A stretch of DNA of 64,000 bases. It comes from Protoeuglena noctilucae. Taxonomy: Eukaryota. The stretch covers positions 434,001 to 498,000 of the forward strand of contig OY253685.1 in assembly GCA_958009085.1 (NCBI GenBank). Direction: 5' to 3'. The notes under the pieces are model-generated. The model was given only the letters and a program-made list of their open reading frames with translations, searched no databases and was not told the origin of the DNA. A program made the translations under genes and the position numbers. Below, in pieces: positions 14,301 to 26,547 of this stretch (the first letter of the stretch is position 1; every line of letters starts with the position of its first letter).

Positions 14301-15221
14301 TCGCTGGGGCGCCTGGCGGGAGAGGGACAAGGGGGCGAAGAGGGCGCCGTGGGGTCGCCCGAGGGCGGCCTGACCGAGGCGGAGCGTGCGCTGGAGCAGA
14401 TCCGCGGGCAGAAGGTCGCGCTGGGCCGCACGGTGGCGGTGGAGCAGGCGGTGTCCAGCCGGACGATGCGGGAGCTGGCGCGGCACGAGGCGGAGGCGCG
14501 GGAGCGCGCGAGGGAGGCCGACCGAGGTGCGTGATGGGGTGTGCGAGGAGACGGTAGGCGTGTCGCATACCGCCGACTCTGCTGTCTCGATCTCTGCTCC
14601 CCATCGCACCCACTGCCTAGTGATGGATGTTGATATTAATGCCTGTGTCCCAGTGCCTGCCTGACCGTCTTGATCATTCCACCCCCCCCCGCAGCTGCCC
14701 GTGAGGCCAAGCACCGAGAGAAGATGGCGATCAAGTACGCGTTGGAGAACTCAGAGGCGGGACGGGAGGCCCTGAACCAGCGGCACCGGCTGCTGCGGCT
14801 GCTGAGGGAGGAGCAGGAAGCAAGCGCGGAGGTGGGGGAGCGGCAGCCTGAGGTGAGGCGTGGGTGTGGACGGGTGCATGTGCCTATGCTGCATGCGTCC
14901 ATGCCTGCATGCGCCTTGCTGCAAGGTGCTTCTAGGAACAAGCGTGGGTCGAACGTGATTTGCTCGTTGGGGGCGGCACTTGATGGCACCTGCCCTACAC
15001 CCAATGCCTCTCTCCCATCGTCGCAGAGCTCCGTGGCGCTGCGTCGGGAGCTGCTGAACCATTTGGAGAGGGAGGTGACCAACGCCCAGACGGCCGAACA
15101 AATCCAGAGGGCCCGCGGGGAGGTGCTGTCGATTCGGAGTGCAGCCGAGGGCATCTTGAGGGCCATGCTTGAGGAGAAGAGGGAGAGGAGGGCGCGCGAG
15201 ATGGCGCAGCAGCGAGGGTAG
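8351..15221 (+). CDS. Very long multi-exon coiled-coil protein of unknown function
   Basis: About 15 phase-compatible exons encoding E/A/R/L/Q-rich heptads (e.g. ORFs 9175-9792, 12883-13959, 14124-14534). Includes GC-AG introns 9028-9112 and 12023-12164. Start uncertain. Confidence 0.75.
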
Positions 15222-15952
15222 GGCGCGGTGTCACGTGGTAGTCGTGGAAAGGCTATGGGATAGGCAAGCAGCTGCAACGCGCACGCGTGGCAGCGTTAGG
15301 CGGGCACCGTGGAGTCGTGATTTCAAGCGGGGATCTTTGCCTAGAAAAGACCGTCGAGTCGTGTTGGCTCACATGCCTCCGTGGCGACGAAAGAAACGAG
15401 TATTGTTATGGCTTATGATGGGAGGAAGTGCAACCGGGGCCTTGGTGCATGCGAGCTGAGGCAGCCAGGCGCAGGCAGGGAATGGGCAATCCAACTAGGG
15501 TTGACCGGCGTATGAAGCCAAGAAGCGGAAAGGGACGAGGAAATCACTCACTGCTCGACATCAGCGGCACGACTGGATCCTCCCAGTCCTCTCAGTGCGC
15601 TCTTGCTGAAGCACGCCGCACGCCTAACCTCTTCGCTTACACCAACCCTCGAGGCTGGACGTGTGTCGCGTGCGCTAACCAGCTCGATGAAACAAAGGGG
15701 ATGTGCGAGGCTGCTCACTGGGGCGCCTCATTGCCCAGAAACAGGTCAAACTGTGCTCTCTCATGAAACTCTGGAGGCAGACACGGGGACATCTGCCGGC
15801 TGTCGACAAGGAAAGGGACAGTCACTGGGCAATGGCACTGGGGAGAAGAAACAGCAGGCCATGGCCAGCCGATGGTCGCGGCATCGGCATGGCAGAGTGA
15901 AGGGAAGAGTCGGGGGCAGTCCGACCGTGATTGTGTGTGATCGAGGACGCGG

Positions 15953-17446
15953 TCACCATCGCAGCAACTCAGCGAGGCCGGACCCCTGCGAGCCCTGGCC
16001 CTCCTGAGGGGCGGGCTCTGAGGTCCAGGCCCTGAGCAGGTCCTCCGCGGACGCACGGCGGGGCTCGGGGGGTTCACGCGACCCCGGGACGGCCTCCCGG
16101 GGCGCCTCCAGGGAGGGGCGGCTTTTGAAGCTGCGGCCGACGCGGCGCAGGACCCGCATGACCTGGTCCTGGGTCAGGGACTGCGCCAGTCCCTCGACGG
16201 CGGCATAGTCGGACCTGGGGAACTGCAGGAGCGCGTCGGCGTCGGGCTTGCAGTGCAGCACCATGACGTCGTGGGCCCTCACGGCGGACTCGAGCTCGGG
16301 GAAGCTGCCGAGGTACAGCTGCTTGCCGTGGTGCCTGCGGGTGCGGGTTTGAGCGAGCGCTAGCTGTGGCGTTCACGGGGACCGTGGCGGAAGGCACGAC
16401 ATAGCATTAGCAACGCACTCGCGTCTTCCCATTTTTGGGGATTGCGGGTAGCGTGGCCTCACCAGAGGTGCCCCTCGTACAGTCGCGTCCGCCGGTGGTA
16501 CGTCACGCCTTTGTAGCTGCCAGAGAGCGACTCGGAGGGGGAGTGGAAGACCGTCCGCAAGCACGTTTCATACAGACGGTCCATGTCATTCTTCGCGTCC
16601 AGCATCTCCAGAGGGGCTGAGTGCAGGGCGTACGTGGAACCCTGCGATCACGCAATGGTGCCGTCGGGTCCACCCCTACGCACGTGAGACGGCCCACGCT
16701 CGCTTGCGCACTCCTGTCGCCCTCCGCACCTGCCCCGCGAACATGGAGTGCCGCCCCTGCATGGCGGGGCTCACGGCGTCGGAATCGGAGGCAGGCCCGG
16801 GCCATGACCCCGCAGGTTGCAGTTGCTTGGATGACACGTCCGCTGGTCCCGGGCCCCAGATGCCAGGGGACCACACGAGCGGCGCCTCGGGCAGCAGCGG
16901 GGCTACAGGGAGCAGCGGCATCGGCAGCGTCGCCGGCGCATGCCCTGCCATGGTCCGCTGCATGGGAATGCTCAGAGACGGTGTCCTGGCTGCAGGCAAC
17001 GATCCTGGCACTGACACGCCCGGTATCATGCCCGCAGCAGCCCCGACCGTTGGGATGGCAGGATCGAGCCCGTACTGTGGCGCCATGACGACGGTGGCCT
17101 GGGTGGCTGGATGTAACGTGGGCGGGATGACGGGGGCACAGCGCTCCTGCGCAAAGGGATGCAAGAACATTGGGATCTGCAGGCCTTGGTATCTATCCCG
17201 GTTGAGCGCGGCGCGATGAGCAGGCACCTCGAACAGGTAGCGGGCGAGATCGGGATATCTCGTATCCATCGATGAGCCCAGCGCGAAGGTGGATAGCCAT
17301 TCGTCCCAGCATTCGATCTCGCTCGCCACGTCGCCCGCCGGAGATTCCTCTGCAAAGGTGGGGGCTTTCAGGTGCAGGCGCATGGCCTTGCCCAGGGCTC
17401 TGCGTGCTCGCGCTTTGAGCTGGCAAGAACGCACCCATCGATCCAT
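15953..17446 (-). CDS. AP2-domain transcription factor, paralogue 1 (single AP2 repeat plus linker)
   Basis: Spliced across intron 16335-16462: SYKGVTYHRRTRLYEGHLW|HHGKQLYLGSFPELESAVRAHDVMVLHCKPDADALLQFPRSDY, followed by the linker-like LTQDQVMRVLRRVGRSF. Start tentative. Confidence 0.85.
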
Positions 17447-17636
17447 CGCGCATTTTTACAGACGACCCGTGCATTCTTTGGATCTCTGCAGCCGCGCAAG
17501 AGGGCATCTCGGGGTCAAGCGGACGTCGACGCAGATGCTGCAGCAAGCACCGCCAACGAGGGCGCATGCGAAAGACATAGATGGCACGAATGAGCCACAG
17601 AGTGGTGGCCGCTAACCGATTCGCATCCAGCCCCAC

Positions 17637-17818
17637 TCGCAAGGTTAGCACAACTAACCTTGCGAAGGTGTGAATGACTTTCGCACGTCCCTGGAGCTGC
17701 GGGACCCTTCCCTACGTGCATAAGCACGAAGTGCGGCCCCTGTCCTCCAGCGACAGGGCCACATCTTGGGTGACCTCGTCCGCGTGGCACGCTAACCTTG
17801 CAAAACCCTAAGGGTTTT
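17637..17818. repeat. Cluster of short inverted repeats upstream of AP2 paralogue 1
   Basis: TCGCAAGGTTAG-cacaa-CTAACCTTGCGA (perfect 12-bp stem, 17637-17665), a third CTAACCTTGC at about 17792, and the palindrome AAAACCCT-A-AGGGTTTT at 17802-17818. Confidence 0.8.
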
Positions 17819-18662
17819 TCAAACCTCGGCCCACTGCTGGGGCCCGGCGATGGCGAGCAAAGCAGGCCCTTGCATCGCCAGCTAGAAGACGACTAAGCGG
17901 ACTAACCATGTGGCGACTGCAAACGCCCACGTAACTCATAACTACGCTGCAGAAACGGCAGCTCGCATCTAGTAGGGGTTAAGCCAGGCCTGCACAGGGA
18001 CTGGAACGCATTGGCCTGCACCCAGTGGATCCATCGATGGGGTTGGGGCACGAACACAATGCTACCGTCCGGCATTGTGCACAGCTGGTGTCGCGCCACG
18101 CCTACGGCAGCTAACGCGTGGCAGCGCGTGTGGTATGTGGAAACGTCTAAGATCGGGCACCGCCCTACTGGGCCACGAACTAGGGCTACCGGTCAAAGGC
18201 CGTGGGCCAGCTGGGCGGCAACGCGCAGGTGCGGCACGGCGCCGACCGCGGCCCAGCTTGGCCACTCCGGCGTCCTGGGTGCCCGGCTAGTGAGCTAACG
18301 AGGAAACAAAGGTCTTTGCTGTCCTCTCGTCCTGGGAGCAGCCGCAAGGCGCAGGGATAGGCGCCGCAGGCTGGGGGGAGGACTGGACTACGGGCATGCA
18401 TCTGTCTAGGATGGTGACAGACACGGGAGGGAGAACGCATAGGCACAGGGACTGCATGGCACGCTCTGATGCACGGGCATGGGAGCTGCTGAGTGCTACT
18501 GGGTTCGTGTGGGAAAGGGGGGATGGCACCAGAAACGACGCCCTCATACGTGGGACCGGCCCGCACATGAGGGACCCTGAGGCCTGAGGGTTCGGAGTGG
18601 GGGTCGCAGGGGGGTTAGGAATGGGGCATGGGTTATGGTATGGGAATCCTGATAAGGGATGC

Positions 18663-20200
18663 TTAGGAAACTGTGGTCTTGAGTTCACGGCCGGCGCGCC
18701 GGAGGAGGTGCATGAAGTCCTGCTGGGAAACGGACCTGGCGACGTGCTGCGGGGGAGGGTGGGAATGCGAGCGCATGCCCCTCACTCCAAGCAGCTAAGG
18801 TGCTGTCTTGCGTCATCGCCGGGCACGAAGAGCGCTGGCTGGATGCGTGGCCGGGCTCACCTCGATGCTGCTGTAGTCGCAGCGGGGGAGCTGCAGGAAG
18901 CTGCTGGGGTCGTCCTTGCAGTTGAGGCACATCAGGTCGTGGGCCCGCAGTGCCATTCCAAGGGACGGGTAGCTCCCGAGGTACAGCTGCTTGCCGTTGT
19001 GCCTGCGGGTGTGGGCCAGGTGTCGTCTGGCCTTGCAACGACAGACGTGTACATGACGCGCACAGTCCATGAGTCAACAACGGCGCCTAGCACGCACATA
19101 GTCCATGAGTCGACAGCAACACGTAGCGCCACTCACCAAAGGTGACCCTCAAAGAGCAGGGTGCGGCGGTGGAAGGCGACGCCCTTCCACGGCCTGCGGT
19201 CCAGGTCCAGCTCCTTCCCGGCCGCGATCACGTCGCGGCACGTCTCGAACGCGCGCTCCAAATCCGCGTCCGCGCCCTCGGCCGCCACCGCCAGCTGCAC
19301 CGACCCGGGCGTCTGGGGCTGCCCGTGCTGCAACTCAAGCGCAGGCGGCGGGAGGCCGTCCGTGAAGTCCTCGCGCCTCCATCGCTCGTGCAGCGCCCGG
19401 ATGTCCTCCAGGTGCGCGTCCGGCACGTTGGGCTCGTGCGTCACGCGGCGACGCTTCTCGGGCGGAGCTGTCTCGTGCTCTGATCCCCAAGCGGCTGCGG
19501 CGTCGCCCTTGGCCACCGCCCCGCCCAGCACCGTGTCGGACACCGTCTCTGCGGAGCTCCCCGCGTGGAGCGTGGGGCAGCTGTGCCGGGTGCCCAGCAT
19601 GTCGGCGACCTCCGGCCAGAGGTGCGGCGTGCCGTCGCCAAAGTCACACGCGGTGTTCAGGCCGAGGCACGGAGCGGGGAGCGCGATGGCGGGGAGGGCG
19701 AGGTAGAGGTCTGAGAACGTGCGCGCACAGAGGGCCATCGGGACGGGCTGCGGGCAGGGCAGAGAGCTCGGGATGAGCTCAAGCAGGGCTGATGAGGCAA
19801 TCGGCGAGACGCGCTGCGGATAAAGTGGGGAAAGGACGTGACGCGAAGCTCACCTTCTGCCCTGGGGCCAAGAAACGACGGACGTCGGGGTACTTGGCCG
19901 TCTCCACAAGGTCAAGCTCGTCAACGGAGGGGTACCTGGTCGTTTCGCCGCTGCTGCGTGTTGATTTGTCGGCGTGGAGGGGAGCGTCCCAAGCGTCCGG
20001 CAGGGCGCTGCGCTCGTGACCCACGAGGAGAGCAGACAGGCCCCTGGGGCAGGATTTGACGTCGCTAAGAGCATATGCTGCAGACAAGGAGGGTCCATAT
20101 CATTTTACAGCATACATTTTATCTGTATCAGCCATTACCTTGCCCTAAGGTCGCACGGGCGCGCCGAATACCGCCCAACTTCCCGCCTGTAGAAATGCTC
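18663..20200 (-). CDS. AP2-domain transcription factor, paralogue 2
   Basis: Exons 19137-19747, 18861-19002 and 18663-18746 give WKGVAFHRRTLLFEGHLW|HNGKQLYLGSYPSLGMALRAHDLMCLNCKDDPSSFLQLPRCDYSSIE|HVARSVSQQDFMHLLRRAGRELKTTVS*. An upstream exon ends at 19854; the 5' end is uncertain. Confidence 0.85.
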
Positions 20201-20476
20201 GGCATCCTCTCCGTCCAGACCATAGACCGTCCGCTGTCTAGCTAGGCAAAGATATTGCGCGCTTGTGTAGCACCTAGCTGTAGCGCGTACCGCTCCAACC
20301 GGGTGCACTGGCTGTCTGCAGTGTGTTGACCTGGTGTGTGTTGGCCAAGCGCTTCCAGCTCAGTCAGGCAGCATCATGAGCACGATTATTGAAAAAACGA
20401 GCCGTCTATGTTGAACTACGGGCGATTACGCAAGCCTATGTTCGCAGGCAGCTGACAGTCAACCGCCAGACATGTC

Positions 20477-22700
20477 TCACGCCTCCCCGGCCAGCTTGCG
20501 CAGCTCCCGCGCCTCGTGCTCCGCCTCTCGCAGTCGGCGCTTCATGCGTGCCATGAAGGCGTCGAACTGGGCGATCGACTCATCCGCCGCACGCCGCTCG
20601 CGGTCGCGGGCCTCCTCGCTACGGCGCGCCTCCAGCGCTTGCAGGAGCGGGCTCGCCGCGATCCCTGCGCCACGTTGCGTGCCGTGGCGCCGGAACACCT
20701 CCCGCGCCAGCCCCGCCAGCGTGTCGGCCATGTCCGCCAGGTCGCGCGACCGCTCCTCCAGGCACCGCCCCATCCGGCCAAAGTGCGCCCGGAGTCCCTC
20801 GACCTCCCGCGCCCGGCTCTCCCGCTCGCGCTGCAACGCCCGCACCTGCCGCGACAGCTCCTTCGTCGGGGACACCGCCCCCTCCGCCCGCGTGCCCCGC
20901 ACCCCCGCCTGCACCACCTGCCCCTCCAGGCCGGCGACCCTCGCCTCGAGAGCACGCAGCGCGGCGAGCGCCGACTCCTCCCGCTCGACCCGCAGCTTCC
21001 CCGCCGCCTCCCCCGCGGCCTCCGCCGCCGCCGCCGCCTCACGGGCCCGCATCTCGGCCGCTTCGGCGCGCCGCTCCGCCCCCGCCGCCTCGTCGCGCGC
21101 GGCCCGCACGTGCTGCGCCAGCTGCCCCAGCATATCCGCCACCTCCCCTCGCACCGACGTGCCCACCGCCTCCGCCACCTCCTGCGCCTCCCGGGCTCCT
21201 TGGGCCGCCGCCTCCGCACCCTCCTCCCGCAGACGCGTGACGGCGCCCGCCAGGCGCTCGGCCCACTGCCGCTCCGCCCGCTCCGCTGCCCGGCGCGCAC
21301 GGTCAGCCCGGTCCTGCGCCCCCTTCACCTCCGCGGCCACCGCCGCTTGCAGTGCAGTGACCTGCTCCCCCACGTGCGCCGCCACCGCCTGCTTCACCGC
21401 CGCCACGCGCTCCGACACGTGCTGCTGCAGCTCCCGCCGCAACGCCGCCGTCGCCTCCCGCGCCTCCTCGCGACCCTCGCGTGCCTCGTCCCACGCAGCA
21501 CTGGGGTCAAGACCCGGGCAGCCACTGGTCAGGGCAGCCACGTAGCAGAGACTTCGCCCACAACGTTCTCGTTCTCTTGAAACACCTCTCGACACCCTCG
21601 AGAGACGCAGCATGAAGCGCCGGCATTCGCGACTCGCCTGGCTTGTCCCCCCGCGTCAGCCGCGGCACGCTCCAAGGCACCCAGCGCACGCAGCGCCAGC
21701 TCCAGCCGACGCTCGGCCTCGTCTACGCGCGCCGCGACGCCGTCCGCCCTCGCCACGGCCTCCTGCGCCCGCGCCCCGGCCTCCTCGGCGCGCTCCCCCG
21801 CCGCTGTCGCCACCCTCCTCCCCGCCGACATCTGCTCCGCCATGTCCATCACGCGCGACCGCGTCGCCTCGAGACCGGCAGCCTGATCGGCGACCGCGAC
21901 GCCCAAGGAGTCCAGTTGGCCCAGCACCTGCGGCCCGCAGCAGCCCTGGCTTTCAGCGCATGTACCCGGGAGTGGCGTGGGGGGCGACCCAAGCCAGGCG
22001 TTGAAATGCGAGACACACACGCAGGCTGACCTCCACGGGCCCTTACCTCTTCCATCCGGCCGTCCTGGTCCCGCTCGCGGGCCGCTGCTGCCAGCTGGTC
22101 CGATACCCACGCGCGCAGCTGCGCGGCGGACGAGCCCGCGTCTTCCTGGCGCTTGGTCGCTCGCGACATCTCGTCGCGGACCGCTGCGATGGACGACTGC
22201 GTGTCCTCGTGCTCCTTGGCCACCAGCTGCACTTGCGCGTGCAGCTGCCCAAGAGCCTTGCGCGCCGCGTCGAGCTCGGACCGCACGTCCAGTCCACGCG
22301 CAGGCGCCAGCGCGTCCATCTCCTGACGAAACGCAGAGGTGAGGTCCGCGACTTGCCGGGCGAGCTCTGCGAGGCGGGAAACATGTGTGCCATGGCACGC
22401 CCGCCCTGGGCCAGCATGCCTCGCCCGATACACGTGATAGATGGAGAGTATGTCAGGTAAAAGCGGCATCGCGCTGCCGAGAACGTTGCATGAGCGCTTC
22501 CTCGCCGGCGATTTTCACGTCTTGCTCCCGCACATGCGCCTCATGCTCGGTAACCAGCGCCAGGACGCGGTTGAGGCGGTCGATGGACGGAGAGGACGGG
22601 ACAGACGGGGGCGCGCCGGCCCGCGGAATCGTCCGTGAGGCTGCGCGCTCGGCAGGGGGCAAGCCATGTCATGACAACGTGGGGGAGAGACGCCGCACAA
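20477..22700 (-). CDS. Coiled-coil protein of unknown function, multi-exon
   Basis: ORFs 20477-21613, 21529-22398 and 21849-22469 supply A/E/R-rich heptad exons with compatible junctions. Probable GC-AG intron 22367-22505. Start uncertain. Confidence 0.7.
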
Positions 22701-23371
22701 AGCCACGAGGGACGCGGACTCACGCGTTGTGTAGCTCATCCTGACACACGGCAAGGGCGTACAGGCCCCGATGCGGGCGTGGCTTGTGGGAAAAGACTCG
22801 CCGGGTTGGCTGACGACAACCGCGTCGCTCTGAGCGACCGAGTCAGCGTTGTTCTTAAGCCCTTCTCTGATGCACGTGCCACCGCACATGCAATGAGAAG
22901 GAAGAAAATGCGGGCGGCAATTCCTCGTGCCCCGGCCAGGCTCGGCAGCTGGCACTCAAAACGTCAGTACCGCGTCTCCTCCTTCCCTGAGGGGCCCCGC
23001 GGATGGCTGCTGTCACCATTGCACCGCCACGTCCAAGAATACCTCGCGTCTCTGCGGCAGGACGGTAGCGCGGACCTGGGACGCATGCTGAGGTGGGCAC
23101 CGACAAACGCGTGCGTTTTGTCGCATGTTGGCCGCGCACGCCGTGCCCCCAGTCAGTCCGATGAAACACATCGACCATATGTTGCGGTCTCCCGGGCTCT
23201 TCATGACGCTGAATGGGTTCGTGGCCCCACATCCGCTCGCAGTAGCACGCGCAAGCGACTTCGGACGCCTTCCGCATCCCCTTCGACGCCAGGTGCGGTG
23301 CCGTGGCGGAGCTGCTTGCTTCGCATGCAGTACACTCTCGGGCATCGTCGACATCTTCCCGCGGCATCGGC

Positions 23372-26108
23372 ATGCTCGCAGCCCAGGTCGTGGTGCCGGA
23401 GGGAGATGGGGACGACGGCCGGCCCGACATCATTGGCTTCCTGACGGAGCGGAGCCAAAAGATCGAAGCGCTGAAACAGGAGCTTTCGGTGCTGAAATTC
23501 AAGTGAGATCGAGGGGAGATTGGATGGAACCGCGATGTCGTGCCGCGATGTCGTGCCACGAATCGAGAGAATTTCTTCCTCTGTGCGTCGGCGATGGGTC
23601 TCTCTTCCTGTGCGCAGGAGTGAGGACCTGACGCGGCTTCTCGCGGCGGAGCAGGATGCCAGCGCGCGTCTCCGGAGCCGCCTGGCTGCGGCAGAGGACC
23701 AGCTCACGCACCGGCGGTCGAACGATCCAGGACAGGACCGGATGGACAAGTTGCTTCGATCTGAGAGGTAGAGGCTGCTCTGGCCCAGGCACCACGCTAG
23801 CCAGGATCCAGCAGGGTGCGCTGAGATGGGCAGCTGAGTAGGCTAAGCGGGCACAGACCCTTCACCAGCACCTCTGGTCGCAGCGAGCTGAGGGCGCTGG
23901 CCGAGCGCGCACAGGTGGCCGCAGAGGGTCGCGCTCAGCGAGCGGAGCAGGAGGCCCGCGCGCTGCGGGATGCGCTGGCCGAGCGTGAGGCGGCCCTGGC
24001 GGCGAGGGAGGCGACAGAGTCGACAGCCGCGGCGGATGCGCGGGTGGCTGCGGCGCGGGAGGAGGCGGCGCGGGAGGCGGCGGTGGCTGCGAGGCGCGCG
24101 GCGGCCGCGGAAGCTACGGCGGCGGGGGAGCGGGCGCAGCGCGTGCGTGCGGAGGCGGCGGCGGCGTCTGCAGCGCAAGAGGCCGAGTCGTGGGCGTCCC
24201 GAGCATCGGCGGCCGAGGTGGCGGCGGCGCGGGCGGAGGCGCGCGCGGCGGCAGCGGAGGCAGCACGGGGTGCCGGGGAGGGGCGGAGCGAGCTCGAGGC
24301 TTTGGTGGGAAGTTTGCGAAAGGAGATGGAGATGCGGGATGCTGAGGTGGAGGAGGCTCGGCGCATCCGGAAGAAGTGGGCCAACACCGAACTGCTCAGG
24401 TGAGCGCCGGTCGCACGGCACTGGCGAAACCGCATCGATGCTCCAACAATGGCTGACGGGCTCTCCCGGTCCGCCGCGCAGGGAGAAGCTGTCGGCGGCG
24501 GAGGCCCGCGCGGCGCAGGTCGAGCCGCTGCTGGCGCGCGTGGTGGCTCTGGAAGCGGAGGTGGAGCAGGCGCGACGGTCGCTGAGGCCGTGGGAAGAGG
24601 CGGCGCGGGCGGTGGGCGCCCAGGAAGCGACGCCGGCTGGTGAGGCTTTTGGTGGATGCAGCGCGCAGTCGACGCGACGGGATGCGAAGTGGGGAGAGAC
24701 GCGGACGGTGCGTCTGGCTTGCACCAGGGCTGCACCGTCCAACATCCTTGCTGGTCCCCTGCTTGCAGGCGTGCGCGGCGTCGTGGCTCAGAAGGACCGA
24801 CTGCTGCGGGCTGCCCAGGAGACCGTGGGGCGCCGCGAGGAGGAGCTGGCGTCGGAGCGGGCGGCGAGGGAAGCGGCGCAGGCGTTGGCACGAGAGGCGG
24901 AGGCACGGGCAGCGTCCGCGACGTTGCAGGCGTCAGCTGCCGAGGAGGCCGCGGCGCGGGCGCAGGCGACGGCGGGGCTGCTGCGGAAGGAGCGGGAGGG
25001 GCTGGTGGCGCTCGTCGCGACGTACGGGCAAGAGGACGCAGACGCGGGGGCAGAGAGCGCTGGGGTGGAAGGGGCGACAGCCCGGTCCAAGGCGCAGGCG
25101 AGCGAGCGAGAGGAGCAAAAGGTTGCTCGTCCTGCAGCGATGACTGAGGTGGTGCCTCGGGAGGGCGGGGACGCGTCACTCGCTGTGGTTATGCCCCGCA
25201 GGCCGCCCACATTGCCCGGCTCCAGGAGCAGTTGGGTCACAGCGAGGACCTGGCGCATTCTCTCCAGACGGACCTGGACCGGCGGGAGGTCGAGTGCGCG
25301 CGGCTGCGTGGGGCGGTGGCGGCAGCGGAGGCGAAAGCGCGGGAGCGGGAGCGGGAGGCCGCTGCGTCGACGGAGGAGGCGGCGCGCCTGGCGCAGCAGG
25401 TGGCGCTGGTCGAGTCCAGGCTGGGCCAGGGCTTGTTCGACCCAGCCACGACACGTGTGCTGCACCTGCGCGACAACCCCGAGAGCGCGGCGCGGAAGGC
25501 GGAGGCAGAGGACCGTGCCGCGCTCCTTGAGGCGGAGAACCGCGCCCTGCGCGCCCAACTCGACGCGGCGGGCACGGGCGGCGCGGGGGCGGCGGCGGCG
25601 GCGGCGGCAGCCGTGGCGGACGCCGAGAAGGTCGTGGCGGAGCGGCGGGTGCGTGAGGCCGAGAAGCGGCTCCAGCGGCTGCAGGAGGTGTTCAAGGATC
25701 GCATCGGGGCGTTTAAGGAGGCCTGCGCGGTGCTTTTCGGGTACCGGGTGGAGATGACGGCCGAGGGGGCGCCGGGAGCAGGGGAGACGGTGTGCTTCTT
25801 CACTTTGCGCCCCCGGCTGGCCAGCTCCCCTGCGAACGTCCTCACCTTCCGGTTCAGGGCGCCTTACAAGGCCGCCGACATGGAGCTAGGTGAGCAGAGG
25901 GCGCGGGTGGTGCTTATGGATGCAATGGGGCACCCTTGAAAGGGAAGGCTGATGGGCACGCTGTGTCTGGCACCCACCCGCAGTGCCTTCGGACTTCAGT
26001 AAGCTGCACCAGCGGGAGGTGGACACCTTCATCGTCCGATTCAAGAACGTCGCCGCCTTCACGGCCAACCTCACCATGGACCTCTTCCAAAAGGAGACGC
26101 AGACGTAG
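23372..26108 (+). CDS. MAD1: Mitotic spindle assembly checkpoint protein MAD1
   Basis: Long coiled coil, then the Mad2-binding region TRVLHLRDNP, then KRLQRLQEVFKDRIGAFKEACAVLFGYRVEM, ending VDTFIVRFKNVAAFTANLTMDLF. Confidence 0.92.
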
Positions 26109-26547
26109 CACAATTGCCATAGCACACGTATGCCGCGGCAGGCAAGCTGCGGCATGGCCATTGACGTTACCATTGCGCACAAAAAAGTATAGTTTGTCTT
26201 CAATCTCGGCGGTTAAACGACACTGGGCTCTCTGGCGTGGGCTGCCGAGCAAAAGCTCTCAAGCAAGGGCTCTCCGGGCGGTTTGCGTGAACGGGTCAAT
26301 GACGGCGCAAGTGGGGTAGCCAGTGGAACGGTGGAAAACGAAACGATTGAGTTGTGTTGTTCCCCTCGAGCGTCACCCTCGAGCGTCACCCCTGCTTCAT
26401 GCTCGCGTCCTCTCGCCCGTCCAAGCTGAGCTGCACCGACCGCGGCGACGGCAGGGCCACGTCCGGCGACCGACGCGTCCCCGGCTGCGGGTGCGACAGC
26501 AAGCCATGAGTCGGCCACGCCACGCCGGCCGTCGTGAAGCCAACCAA

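Noticed and set aside
17880..18660. Possible degraded gene or telomere-like G-rich tract between the AP2 genes
   Set aside because: Short interrupted ORFs with no recognisable motif; the G-rich tract at about 18590-18670 lacks a regular repeat unit.
15953..20200. AP2 domains as part of a mobile element (HNH-AP2 endonuclease or integrase)
   Set aside because: No HNH, tyrosine-recombinase or transposase motifs, terminal repeats or target-site duplications; the genes have ordinary spliceosomal introns.
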